A stretch of 64,000 nucleotides of DNA. It comes from Candidatus Eiseniibacteriota bacterium (GTDB taxonomy: Bacteria > Eisenbacteria > RBG-16-71-46). The DNA lies in assembly GCA_031370785.1 (NCBI GenBank), contig JANMQY010000058.1:64001-128000 (forward strand), written 5' to 3'. The position numbers and the translations under genes are program-made. This document shows positions 48,769-57,477 of the stretch, piece after piece (the first letter of the stretch is position 1; the number at the start of each line of letters is the position of its first letter). The notes under the pieces are model-generated. The model was not told the DNA's origin and did no database searches. It saw only the letters and a list, made by a program, of their open reading frames with translations.

Positions 48769-49422
48769 GTGATCGCGAGGGCCCTGCTGTTCGTGTGGAT
48801 CGCGTGCGCCATCACTGCGGGTTTCCTGTGGGCGCCGCTGGTGCCCGTGCTCGGAGAAACCACGCGGGTGTTCTACTTCCACTTTCCGGCGGCGCTGGTG
48901 ACCTGCCTCGCGCTCGGCTGGTCGATGGTGCACAGCGTGCTGTATCTTCGGTCGCGCGATCTCGTTCACGACGATCATGCGGCGGCCGCAGCCGAGCTGG
49001 GGCTGCTGTTCTGCGTCGCTGCGACGGTCAGCGGCTCGATGTGGGCGAAGGCGATGTGGGGCGCCTACTGGAACTGGGATCCGCGCGAGACGTCGATCTT
49101 CTTCCTGATGCTGATCTACGGAGCCTATCTCGCGCTTCGCGCCAGCATCGAGGATCCGGTGCGCCGGGCGCGGCTCGCCGCGATCTATTCGTCGATCGCG
49201 TTCGTGGCCGTGCCGTTTCTCGTGTTCGTGGTGCCGCGCATCTACTTCTCGCTGCATCCGGACCCGCTGATCAACGCACGCGGCAAGCCGGACATGGACT
49301 GGCGTATCATGGTGTCCGCGGGCGCGATGTTGGTGGGGTTCACCGCGCTGTTCTTCTGGATGCTGACCTTGCGGGTGCGCGTGGGACGGCTCGCGCGCAG
49401 GCTCGAGGACGAGGCGGCGTGA
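48769..49422 (+). CDS. ccmC: Heme exporter CcmC
   Basis: FYFHFP; WAKAMWGAYWNWDPRET (WWD motif); SLHP. Confidence 0.92.
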   Translation: MIARALLFVWIACAITAGFLWAPLVPVLGETTRVFYFHFPAALVTCLALGWSMVHSVLYLRSRDLVHDDHAAAAAELGLLFCVAATVSGSMWAKAMWGAYWNWDPRETSIFFLMLIYGAYLALRASIEDPVRRARLAAIYSSIAFVAVPFLVFVVPRIYFSLHPDPLINARGKPDMDWRIMVSAGAMLVGFTALFFWMLTLRVRVGRLARRLEDEAA

Positions 49423-49441
49423 GCCGCGTGAGGAGCGAGGG

Positions 49442-49549
49442 TTGAGCGGAAACCTGGTGGTGCTGGGAGTCGCCCTGCTGGTGTGGGGCCTGCTGTTCCT
49501 GTATCTCATCCGTCTGGAGCGCCGCATCCAGGACTTGGAGAAGTCATGA
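49442..49549 (+). CDS. ccmD: CcmD-like small membrane protein (35 aa; absent from the ORF track)
   Basis: TTG-started MSGNLVVLGVALLVWGLLFLYLIRLERRIQDLEKS: one TM helix plus charged tail; GAGG upstream; ATGA overlap with ccmE. Confidence 0.8.
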   Translation: MSGNLVVLGVALLVWGLLFLYLIRLERRIQDLEKS

Positions 49550-49935
49550 ACATCAAGCTGGTGCTGGCGATGGTGCTGCTCGCGGTGGCGGTCGGAATCG
49601 GTGTGACCAGCTTCCAGAAATCGGTCACTCCCTACATCTCGTTCGCCGAGGCGCGCCACACCACGGGACTGGTGCAGGTCAACGGAGTGCTCGCCGACAA
49701 GAACTACGTGCTCAAGCCCGACGAGCAGTTCCTCGAGTTCAGGCTCAAGGACGCGAAGAGCGAAGTGATGGACGTGAAGTATCGCGGAGTGATCCCCGGC
49801 AACTTCGACCAGGCGGTCTCGGTGGTGGCGATCGGCCGCTATCAGGGCGATCACTTCGAGGCCGAGCAGCTGCTGGTCAAGTGCCCATCCAAGTATCAGG
49901 CGGAGGCCGAGCGGCAGCAGGGGAAGACTTCGTGA
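49546..49935 (+). CDS. ccmE: Heme chaperone CcmE, Cys-type
   Basis: N-terminal anchor; YRGVIPGNF; LLVKCPSKY (CxxxY). Confidence 0.92.
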   Translation: MNIKLVLAMVLLAVAVGIGVTSFQKSVTPYISFAEARHTTGLVQVNGVLADKNYVLKPDEQFLEFRLKDAKSEVMDVKYRGVIPGNFDQAVSVVAIGRYQGDHFEAEQLLVKCPSKYQAEAERQQGKTS

Positions 49936-52211
49936 CCCTTCGCCCGCTGCTGCGGGGCGTCGGGTTGCTGATCGCCCTTTCGGTAGTGCCGGCGGCGCTG
50001 AGCGCGGCCGGCGCGCTCAACCCGGGACAGGCCATCACCTGGGTCGCGTTCCTCGCCTCCCTGGTGGCCGCGCTCGGATTCCTGGCCGCGACCGGCGGGC
50101 GCGAGGGCGCACTGCCGATCGCGCGCACCGCGTACCGCATCCAGTGGTTCGCCTACCTCGCCGGAGCCGCCTACCTCTGGCAGATCCTGTTCGCTCACGA
50201 CTTCCGCTTCCAGTACGTGGCCTCCTACTCCTCGCTTGCCATGCCGGCGCGCTACGTCTACGCGGCGTTCTGGGGTGGGCAGGAGGGCACCTTCATGCTG
50301 TGGGCGCTCATCACCTGCACCCTGGGCCTGGTGCTGCTGCGGGTGAAGCATGGGCTGACCGTGCCGGCGATGTTCTTCTTGAACCTGCCGCTGGTCATGC
50401 TCGGGCTGGTCACCGTGATGCGCGGGCCGTTCCTCGAGTTTCCGGCCGCGCGCATACCGCTCGACGGCAATGGGTTGAATCCGCTGCTGCAGGACCCGTG
50501 GATGACGATTCATCCGCCGGTGCTGTTCACCGGATTCTCGTCCCTGGTCGTGCCGTTCGCGATCGCGATGGCGGCGCTGGTGAAGCGCGAGTACGACGCG
50601 TGGATCAAGCTGGCGCTGCCGTGGGTCGTGCTCAGCGCCGCAGTGCTGTCCATGGGATTCATCATGGGCGGGGTATGGGCGTACAAGGTGCTGGGCTGGG
50701 GAGGCTACTGGGGCTGGGATCCGGTCGAGAACGGCTCGCTGATTCCGTGGCTCTCGAACATCGCGCTGCTGCACGGGCTGCTGGTTCAGCGCGTGACCGG
50801 AAGCCTTCGCCGGACCAACTTCTTCCTCGCGATCACCTCGTACGTGCTGGTGCTGTACGCCTCGTTCCTGACCCGCAGCGGTGTGCTCGCGGATTTCTCC
50901 GTGCACTCGTTCGTGAACCTCGGGCTCAACGGGTTCCTGCTCACCTTCCTCGGAACGATCGCGGTGGTCGGCTATGGAACGCTGCTGTGGCGCCTGCGCG
51001 ACATCCCGGCGCCGAAGCAACCGCTCGGAAACTTCTCGCGCGAGTCCATGATGTGGCTCGGACAGCTGGTGTTCATGCTGATGTGCGCGCTGACCGCGGT
51101 CGGCATGAGTGCGCCGCTGCTCACCCGGCTGTTCGGTCCGCCCTCCAACGTGCAGACCTCGTACTACAACCTGGTGAACGCGCCGCTGGCGATCGCGATG
51201 GGCCTGCTGCTCGGCATCGCTCCACTGATGCGCTGGCGCGAGCACGAGCCGCGCGCGTTGCTGCGCGCGGCGCTTCCCTCGCTGGTGATCGCGCTGCTGG
51301 TGACGCTCACCGCGATCGCGATGGGAATGCGCGAGGCGATTCCGGCGCTGGTGGTGTTCGGCGCGGCGTTCGCGCTCGCCTCCAACGCGGTGGTGACGGT
51401 TCGTGGCTTCCGCGCCGGGTGGAAGCATGGCGTCGCCTTTCTCGGGCACATGGGGGTCGCGCTGCTGCTGATCGGCGTGGTCGCATCGTCGCACTACGGC
51501 AACGCGGTGCAGGTTCAACTGCCGCGTGGCGAGCAGCGCTCGGCGCTCGGCTACCGCCTGACCTATCAGGGCGTGCGGCAGGAGAGCGATGGGAAGAACC
51601 GGGTGATGATCGCGGTGGATGCGCCGGAGCGGAAGTTCGAGGCGGTGCCCGCGCTCTACTGGAGTCCGTTCAACCAGGGCTACATGAAGAAGCCGCACAT
51701 CGAGCGCTTCCTCACCCACGACATCTACATCTCGCCGCTCGAGATGGTGGGCGAGGGCGACGACGCGGCAGGCGCGGTGTGGCTGGCGAAGGGCGAGAGC
51801 CGCAAGATCGGGCAGGTCACCTACACGTTCGTGGATTTCGATCCGCAGATGGGCGAGGTGGTGCGGATCGCGGCGCGGCTGCGTGCGGAGATCGGCGGGC
51901 GCACCGTTCCCGTCCGGCCGGTGCTCGAGATGAACCTGAAGACCGGCACCCGCAACTCGATCCCGGACTACCTGCCGGGCGGCGGCTCGGTCGAGATCGT
52001 GAAGGTCGATCCCAACACCGGGCGGGTCGCGTTGAACCTGCCTGGCGCCGCGTCCACGGCGCACCCGGCCGATGTGCTCGCGGTCGAAGTGAGCACCAAG
52101 CCGCTCATCAATCTGGTCTGGCTGGGGGCCATCGTGATGCTGGTCAGCACGTTCCTGAGTGTTGCGCGCCGTGCGATGGATCTGGGGGAAAAGCGATCCG
52201 CGCGCACTTGA
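49932..52211 (+). CDS. ccmF: Cytochrome c heme lyase CcmF
   Basis: WGGQEG, GLNPLLQ, IHPP, WAYKVLGWGGYWGWDPVEN, TRSG, SVHSF. Confidence 0.95.
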   Translation: MTLRPLLRGVGLLIALSVVPAALSAAGALNPGQAITWVAFLASLVAALGFLAATGGREGALPIARTAYRIQWFAYLAGAAYLWQILFAHDFRFQYVASYSSLAMPARYVYAAFWGGQEGTFMLWALITCTLGLVLLRVKHGLTVPAMFFLNLPLVMLGLVTVMRGPFLEFPAARIPLDGNGLNPLLQDPWMTIHPPVLFTGFSSLVVPFAIAMAALVKREYDAWIKLALPWVVLSAAVLSMGFIMGGVWAYKVLGWGGYWGWDPVENGSLIPWLSNIALLHGLLVQRVTGSLRRTNFFLAITSYVLVLYASFLTRSGVLADFSVHSFVNLGLNGFLLTFLGTIAVVGYGTLLWRLRDIPAPKQPLGNFSRESMMWLGQLVFMLMCALTAVGMSAPLLTRLFGPPSNVQTSYYNLVNAPLAIAMGLLLGIAPLMRWREHEPRALLRAALPSLVIALLVTLTAIAMGMREAIPALVVFGAAFALASNAVVTVRGFRAGWKHGVAFLGHMGVALLLIGVVASSHYGNAVQVQLPRGEQRSALGYRLTYQGVRQESDGKNRVMIAVDAPERKFEAVPALYWSPFNQGYMKKPHIERFLTHDIYISPLEMVGEGDDAAGAVWLAKGESRKIGQVTYTFVDFDPQMGEVVRIAARLRAEIGGRTVPVRPVLEMNLKTGTRNSIPDYLPGGGSVEIVKVDPNTGRVALNLPGAASTAHPADVLAVEVSTKPLINLVWLGAIVMLVSTFLSVARRAMDLGEKRSART

Positions 52212-52305
52212 AGCTGCACAGTGGAGTATCATGCCGGTCGGCTCCCCCCGATTTCCTTGGCCGGCGTGCGGTTTGCCGAAATTCGCCGCATCCCGGAGTG
52301 GCCTC

Positions 52306-53331
52306 ATGCAATCCAAACCCATCGTGCATCCCATTGTCTCGGGCGCTATGCGAATCAAGGATCCCGCCGGGCGTGTCCTGATCGTCGAAGATGACGAGCA
52401 GGTTCGCACGCTCCTCGCCTACCTGCTCGGCCAGAGCGGCTACGCGGCGATCACCGCCGAATCCGGCGAAGAGGCGCTCGAGCGCATGAACGAGTCCGCG
52501 CCGGATCTCGTGCTGCTCGATGTCCATCTCCCCGGGCTCAGCGGCCACGAAATCCTGAGGCAGATCCGCGCGCGCGAGCACGGCCAGCTGCTCCCGGTCG
52601 TGATGATGACCGGCTGGGTGAGCCGCCAGGAAAAGCTGGAGGCGATCGCCGCCGGTGTCACCGACTTCATCGTGAAACCATTCGATCCCGAAGAGATGGT
52701 GGCGCGCGTGCGATCACTGGTGCGGCTCAAGGGTCTGACCGACGTGCTCGAAGAAGCGACCGAGGTGGTCATCGCACTGGCCAAGAGCATCGATGCGCGC
52801 GATGCCTACACCGCCGGGCACAGCGAACGGGTTTCATTCTTCGCAACCATGCTCGGCGAGCGGGTCGGACTGTCCGAGACCGATCTCAGGGTGGTGCGCG
52901 AGGGCGGGCTGTTCCACGACATCGGGAAGATCGCGATGCGAGACTCGATCCTGCACAAGGGCGGACCGCTCAGCGCCGTCGAGTACGAGGAGATCAAGCG
53001 CCATCCGGTGCTGGGGCGCGACCTGATCGGCCACATGAAGACCCTGGCTCCGACACTGCCGGTGGTCTATCACCATCACGAGCACTGCGACGGATCCGGT
53101 TATCCGGATGGAATCACGGCCGAGGCCATTCCGCTCATGGCGCGCATCACCTCGGTGGCCGACATCTACGACGGCATGACCTCGCAGCGTCCCTACCGGC
53201 GCGCGATGCAGCGCGACGAAGCGATCGGGATCATGCGTGGCGAGGTAAAGAAGGGGTGGTGGGATCCGGAGCTCGTGGACGAGTTCTGCGGCATGATGGG
53301 GGAGATGACCGAGGCGCATATCGTCGGCTGA
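52306..53331 (+). CDS. Response regulator with HD-GYP domain (RpfG-like cyclic dinucleotide phosphodiesterase)
   Basis: Receiver IVEDD...LLDV...KP; HDIGK; HHEHCDGSGYPDG; RPYR. Start is 52306 (GGAG RBS) or 52348. Confidence 0.92.
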   Translation: MQSKPIVHPIVSGAMRIKDPAGRVLIVEDDEQVRTLLAYLLGQSGYAAITAESGEEALERMNESAPDLVLLDVHLPGLSGHEILRQIRAREHGQLLPVVMMTGWVSRQEKLEAIAAGVTDFIVKPFDPEEMVARVRSLVRLKGLTDVLEEATEVVIALAKSIDARDAYTAGHSERVSFFATMLGERVGLSETDLRVVREGGLFHDIGKIAMRDSILHKGGPLSAVEYEEIKRHPVLGRDLIGHMKTLAPTLPVVYHHHEHCDGSGYPDGITAEAIPLMARITSVADIYDGMTSQRPYRRAMQRDEAIGIMRGEVKKGWWDPELVDEFCGMMGEMTEAHIVG

Positions 53332-53390
53332 GCTCCTGGGGCGTGAAGCAGGCGGCGCGGGAGGCAGGCCCGGATCGTGAATGAGAATCG

Positions 53391-53420
53391 GGCGGGCGCA
53401 TTCTGGCGCCGGCCTTTTTT
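53391..53420 (+). terminator. Intrinsic terminator
   Basis: GGCGGGCGC-N6-GCGCCGGCC (one mismatch) followed by TTTTTT. Confidence 0.65.
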
Positions 53421-53425
53421 CTTGC

Positions 53426-53454
53426 TTGGCGTGTGCACGTTTGTGCAGTAGGCT
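53426..53454 (+). promoter_or_regulatory. Promoter with palindromic operator (candidate SOS box)
   Basis: TTGGCG-N17-TAGGCT with TGCAC-GTTT-GTGCA (53434-53447) inside the spacer, upstream of the dinB operon. Confidence 0.5.
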
Positions 53455-53476
53455 GCGTCGTGGTGCCGGAACCTTC

Positions 53477-53725
53477 ATGTTCGAATCGCTCAACGATCCC
53501 GTGGACGTGCTGACCGCATTCGTCGAGGGCAGGGTGGAGCCTCTGCGCTTTCGCTGGAAAGGGCGGGTGGTGCGCGTGACCCGGATCACCGGACGCTGGA
53601 CAAGGCGGGAAGGCCAGGCCCGGATCCAGTGCTTCGCGGTCGAGAACTCCGCGGCGGACAGCTACGAGCTGTGCTACGACCCGCGCGGTCAGCGCTGGCT
53701 GCTGAGCCGGGCATGGATGAAGTGA
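53477..53725 (+). CDS. Small conserved-looking protein (DUF6504-like)
   Basis: 82 aa; PLRFRWKGRVVRV...W...YELCYDP...WLL pattern; directly upstream of dinB. Confidence 0.7.
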   Translation: MFESLNDPVDVLTAFVEGRVEPLRFRWKGRVVRVTRITGRWTRREGQARIQCFAVENSAADSYELCYDPRGQRWLLSRAWMK

Positions 53726-53741
53726 GGGAGGAGCGCGCGCG

Positions 53742-54974
53742 ATGATCCTGCTGGTGGACATGGATGCGTTCTTTGCATCGGTCGAGCAGGCGCACCATCC
53801 GCAGCTGCGCGGACGCCCGCTGATCGTGTGCGGAGATCCTTCGCGACGCGGAGTGGTGACCGCGGCTTCCTACGAAGCGCGACCGTTCGGGGTGCGCGCC
53901 GGAATGCCGCTCGCCGAAGCGCGCCGGCTCTGCCCGGACGCCGAATACGTGGAGGGAAATCCCGAGAAGTACGTCGCGCTCTCGCTGCGCCTGCTCGACC
54001 TGTACCTCACCTTCACGCCCGATGTCGAGCCGTTCAGCGTAGACGAGGCGTTCGTGGGGCTCGACCGGCGGCTCTCGCTCGAGGAAGCGTCCACGGTCGC
54101 GCGCCGCATCCAGAAGGAGATCGACGAACGCTTTCAGCTCGGCGCCTCGATTGGCGTCGGCCCCAACAAACTGATCGCCAAGATGGCCTCGGGAGTGAAC
54201 AAGCCGCGTGGTCTGACCGCGCTCGATGAGGATGGATTCTGTCGCGCGTTCTGGTCGCGCGACGTGCAGGAGATGTGGGGTGTGGGACCCAGGCTCGCCG
54301 AGCGCATGCGGTCACTCGGGATCGAGACCGTCGGCGGACTGGCCCACGCCCCCGAAGTGACGCTCAAGGCTGCCTTCGGCGTGATCGGTCCGCAACTGCG
54401 CAAGGCGGCGTGGGGGCGCGACGACACGCCGCTCGTGCCCTACACCCAAGGCGTCGACGCGAAATCCACGGGTCACGAGGTCACGCTCGAGCGCGACAGC
54501 CGCGATCCCACGTTCCTCGATGGGACTCTTCTTCGGCTCTCGGACCAGGTCGGGAGGCGCCTGAGGGGGGAAGGCTATGTCGGGCGCACCGTGACCCTCA
54601 AGCTGCGCAACGAGAAATTCGAAACCATCACCCGGCAGCGCGCACTGGCCGGGTCCACCGCGGACCACCAGCGCATCTACGAGGTCGCGCGCGCGCTCTT
54701 CGCCGAGTACTGGCGTGGCGATGCGGTGCGCCTGATCGGAGTGAGCGTGTCGAGCCTCGCGCGATCGGGCGGCGCCGATCAGGTCGAGCTGTTCGAGGGC
54801 GATCGGCGCGATCGAAAGCTGACCGAAGCGCTGGATGGCATCCGCGACCGGCTGGGCGAAGCGAGCGTGGTTCCCGCCGGATCGCTCACTCATCGCCACG
54901 AACTCGGCCACGTGCCGTTCGGAGCGCTGTCGGGAGCGGTCGCGATTCGCTCACGCAAGCGTCCTGTCCGATGA
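53742..54974 (+). CDS. dinB: DNA polymerase IV
   Basis: VDMDAFFASVE, AASYEAR, SVDEA, NKLIAKMAS, WGVG. Confidence 0.95.
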   Translation: MILLVDMDAFFASVEQAHHPQLRGRPLIVCGDPSRRGVVTAASYEARPFGVRAGMPLAEARRLCPDAEYVEGNPEKYVALSLRLLDLYLTFTPDVEPFSVDEAFVGLDRRLSLEEASTVARRIQKEIDERFQLGASIGVGPNKLIAKMASGVNKPRGLTALDEDGFCRAFWSRDVQEMWGVGPRLAERMRSLGIETVGGLAHAPEVTLKAAFGVIGPQLRKAAWGRDDTPLVPYTQGVDAKSTGHEVTLERDSRDPTFLDGTLLRLSDQVGRRLRGEGYVGRTVTLKLRNEKFETITRQRALAGSTADHQRIYEVARALFAEYWRGDAVRLIGVSVSSLARSGGADQVELFEGDRRDRKLTEALDGIRDRLGEASVVPAGSLTHRHELGHVPFGALSGAVAIRSRKRPVR

Positions 54975-55825
54975 GCGAGGTCTCGGCCGAGCGCGGCGGG
55001 GTCACGCCACAGCCTCGAGAAGCCCGGATCCGGATCGGCACCTCGGGCTATTCGTTTCCCGACTGGGTCGGTCCGTTCTATCCGCCCGGCACGCGCTCCG
55101 GCGATTTTCTCGCCTGGTACGCGCGCCACTTCGATATCGTCGAAATCAATTCCACGTACTACGGCATTCCACACCCGCGCGTGCTCGAGCAGATGGAGCG
55201 GAAGACTCCCGATCACTTCCGCTTCATCGCCAAGCTGCACCGCTCCATGACCCACGAGTCGAGCCTGGTTCCCTCCGCGGTCACGGAATTCCGCGCCGCT
55301 CTCGAGCCGCTGCGGGCCGCGCGCAAGCTGGATGGTCTGCTCGCCCAGTTCCCGTGGGCTTTCCGGCGAACTCCTCAGGCGCTGTCCCATCTCGAACGGC
55401 TGCGCGATGCCCTGCCCGGGGACCCGCTGTTCGTGGAGTTCCGTCACGATTCGTGGAACACCCCGGATCTCGCCCAGGTGCTGCGCGAACGTTTCCTCGG
55501 ATACTGCGCGGTGGATGAGCCCAGCCTGCTTGGCCTGATGCCGCCGATCGCTCCGCTCACCGCCGATGACGCCTACGTCCGCTTCCACGGGCGCAACGCG
55601 AAGAACTGGTGGGCGTCGGGCGGACCGCGCGAGCGCGGCTCCGGCGATCGCTACGACTGGGAGTACACCGCCGCCGAGCTCGGCGAATGGGTGGAGAAGA
55701 TCGCGGAGCTGTCGCGCAAGGCGCGGAGCACCTACCTGTTCTTCAACAACTGTCACGCCGGGCAGGCCGCACGCAGCGCGAAGCTCATGCAGGAGATGCT
55801 GCGCCAGCAGGGCCTTCCGGCGTGA
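54971..55825 (+). CDS. DUF72 (YecE-like) TIM-barrel protein
   Basis: IGTSGYS..W, EINSTYY, QFP, EFRH, YVRFHGRN, FFNN; ATGA overlap with dinB. Confidence 0.92.
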   Translation: MSEVSAERGGVTPQPREARIRIGTSGYSFPDWVGPFYPPGTRSGDFLAWYARHFDIVEINSTYYGIPHPRVLEQMERKTPDHFRFIAKLHRSMTHESSLVPSAVTEFRAALEPLRAARKLDGLLAQFPWAFRRTPQALSHLERLRDALPGDPLFVEFRHDSWNTPDLAQVLRERFLGYCAVDEPSLLGLMPPIAPLTADDAYVRFHGRNAKNWWASGGPRERGSGDRYDWEYTAAELGEWVEKIAELSRKARSTYLFFNNCHAGQAARSAKLMQEMLRQQGLPA

Positions 55826-55925
55826 CCGCGCGCGGCGCAGCGGGAGTTGCCGGTCGCGCGGGTCCTCGGCTAGTTTCCCTGGAGGAGTGCCGTACCGCCG
55901 CCTGTCCACTGGAGACCGACAGTCC

Positions 55926-56375
55926 ATGAGCGAAGCCCCGCGTCCGCCCGCCTTCATCACCGCCCCACCCCGGCGCGTGCTCTTCCTGTGCGTGCACAAC
56001 TCGGCGCGCAGCCAGATGGCCGAAGGCTTCGCGCGCGCCATGGCTCCGCCCGATTCCGCGGTCTGGAGTGCGGGCAGCGAGCCGGCGAAGGTGCATCCGC
56101 TCGCGATCGAGGTGATGAAGGAGGCGGGCATCGACATCAGCGCCCAGCGCTCGCAACGGATCGACGAGGTGCCGTGGCGCGAGGCGGACACGGTGGTCAC
56201 GCTGTGCGGCGAGGCGGAGCAGGCCTGCCCGGCGGTGTCGGGCGAAGTGCGCCGTGCGTACTGGCCGCTGCCGGATCCGGCCGCCGCGCCCGAGAAGGAC
56301 CGGCTCGCGGCGTTCCGCGAAACCCGCGACGAGATCCGCTGGCGGGTCTCCTCGCTGTGGCCGCGCGGAGACTAG
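55926..56375 (+). CDS. arsC: Arsenate reductase / LMW-PTP family protein
   Basis: FLCVHNSARSQMAE (CX5R), TLC...CP, WPLPDP. Confidence 0.85.
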   Translation: MSEAPRPPAFITAPPRRVLFLCVHNSARSQMAEGFARAMAPPDSAVWSAGSEPAKVHPLAIEVMKEAGIDISAQRSQRIDEVPWREADTVVTLCGEAEQACPAVSGEVRRAYWPLPDPAAAPEKDRLAAFRETRDEIRWRVSSLWPRGD

Positions 56376-57469
56376 GCTTGCCCTGAGCGCGGCGTCCGTT
56401 CGTATGGCGCGGGCTGGCCCTGTGCCGGGACTCCCGAGCGCGTGCGGCGCTCCGCGGTGATCGCCGGATTGGCGCCCTGGACGAAGGTCTCGCACTCGCG
56501 CACGTCCTCGGCGCTGCCGAGGAACAAGGGGGTGCGTTCGTGGAGCGTTCCGGGAACGATCTCGAGGATGCGCCGGTAGCCGTCGCAGGCCGCACCGCCC
56601 GCCTCCTCGACGATCAGCGCGAGCGGCGCGGCCTCGTACAGCACGCGCAGCTTGCCGCGCGGGTTCTTGAAATCGCCCGGGTAGAGAAAGATCCCGCCGT
56701 ACAGAAGGTTGCGGTGGAAGTCGGCGACCAGTGATCCCACGTAGCGCGAGCTGTACGGCCGGTTGGTCGCGGTGTCGTCCATCTTGAGATAGTCGACGTA
56801 GCGCTTGACGCCTTCCGACCACTGCGTGTAGTTGCCTTCGTTCACGCTGTAGATGTGGCCGCGCAAGGGCGTCCGGATGTCCGGGTGCGAGAGCAGGTAC
56901 TCGCCGATGCTGGGCTCGTAGGTGAAGCCGTGCACGCCGTGCCCGGTGGTGTAGACCAGCATGGTGCTCGACCCGTACATCACGTAGCCCGCACACAGCT
57001 GGCGATCTCCAGCCTGCAGGCAGTCGGTGAGCGTGCCGCCGCCCTTGCGCGTGATTCGTGGCAGCACCGAGAAGATGGTTCCGATGTTGACGTTGGCGTT
57101 GATGTTCGAGGAGCCGTCGAGCGGATCGAAGTTGACGACGTACTTGCCGACCGGCTGTCCCTCCGGGACCGGGATGACGTTCTCGTCCTCCTCGGATGCC
57201 AGAACCGCCAGCTGCCCGGTCGAGCTGAGCACGCGATACAGCGTCTGGTGCGCGAACACATCCAGCTTCTGCACCTTCTCGCCGTGCACGTTCTGGGATC
57301 CGGTGTAGCCGAGCACATCGACCAGTCCGGCCCGGATGACCTCGCGGTTGATCATCTTCGAAGCCAGTGCGATATCCATCAGCACGCTCGTGAACTCGCC
57401 GGTCGCCTCCGGATGCTTGCGCTCCTCCTGTTCGAGGAACTGCGACAGCGTGATCGCGCGGCTGTACAT
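56372..57469 (-). CDS. fbp: Fructose-1,6-bisphosphatase class I
   Basis: GEKVQKLD, SEE, FDPLDGSSN, RYVGSLVADFHR, GKLRVLYE. Confidence 0.96.
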   Translation of the reverse strand: MYSRAITLSQFLEQEERKHPEATGEFTSVLMDIALASKMINREVIRAGLVDVLGYTGSQNVHGEKVQKLDVFAHQTLYRVLSSTGQLAVLASEEDENVIPVPEGQPVGKYVVNFDPLDGSSNINANVNIGTIFSVLPRITRKGGGTLTDCLQAGDRQLCAGYVMYGSSTMLVYTTGHGVHGFTYEPSIGEYLLSHPDIRTPLRGHIYSVNEGNYTQWSEGVKRYVDYLKMDDTATNRPYSSRYVGSLVADFHRNLLYGGIFLYPGDFKNPRGKLRVLYEAAPLALIVEEAGGAACDGYRRILEIVPGTLHERTPLFLGSAEDVRECETFVQGANPAITAERRTRSGVPAQGQPAPYERTPRSGQA

Positions 57470-57477
57470 GGGGCTCC

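Noticed and set aside
55926..56375. Arsenic-resistance island linking arsC with the radical SAM pair
   Set aside because: The genes are about 13.5 kb apart with no arsR/arsB/acr3/arsM in the window; the link is unsupported.
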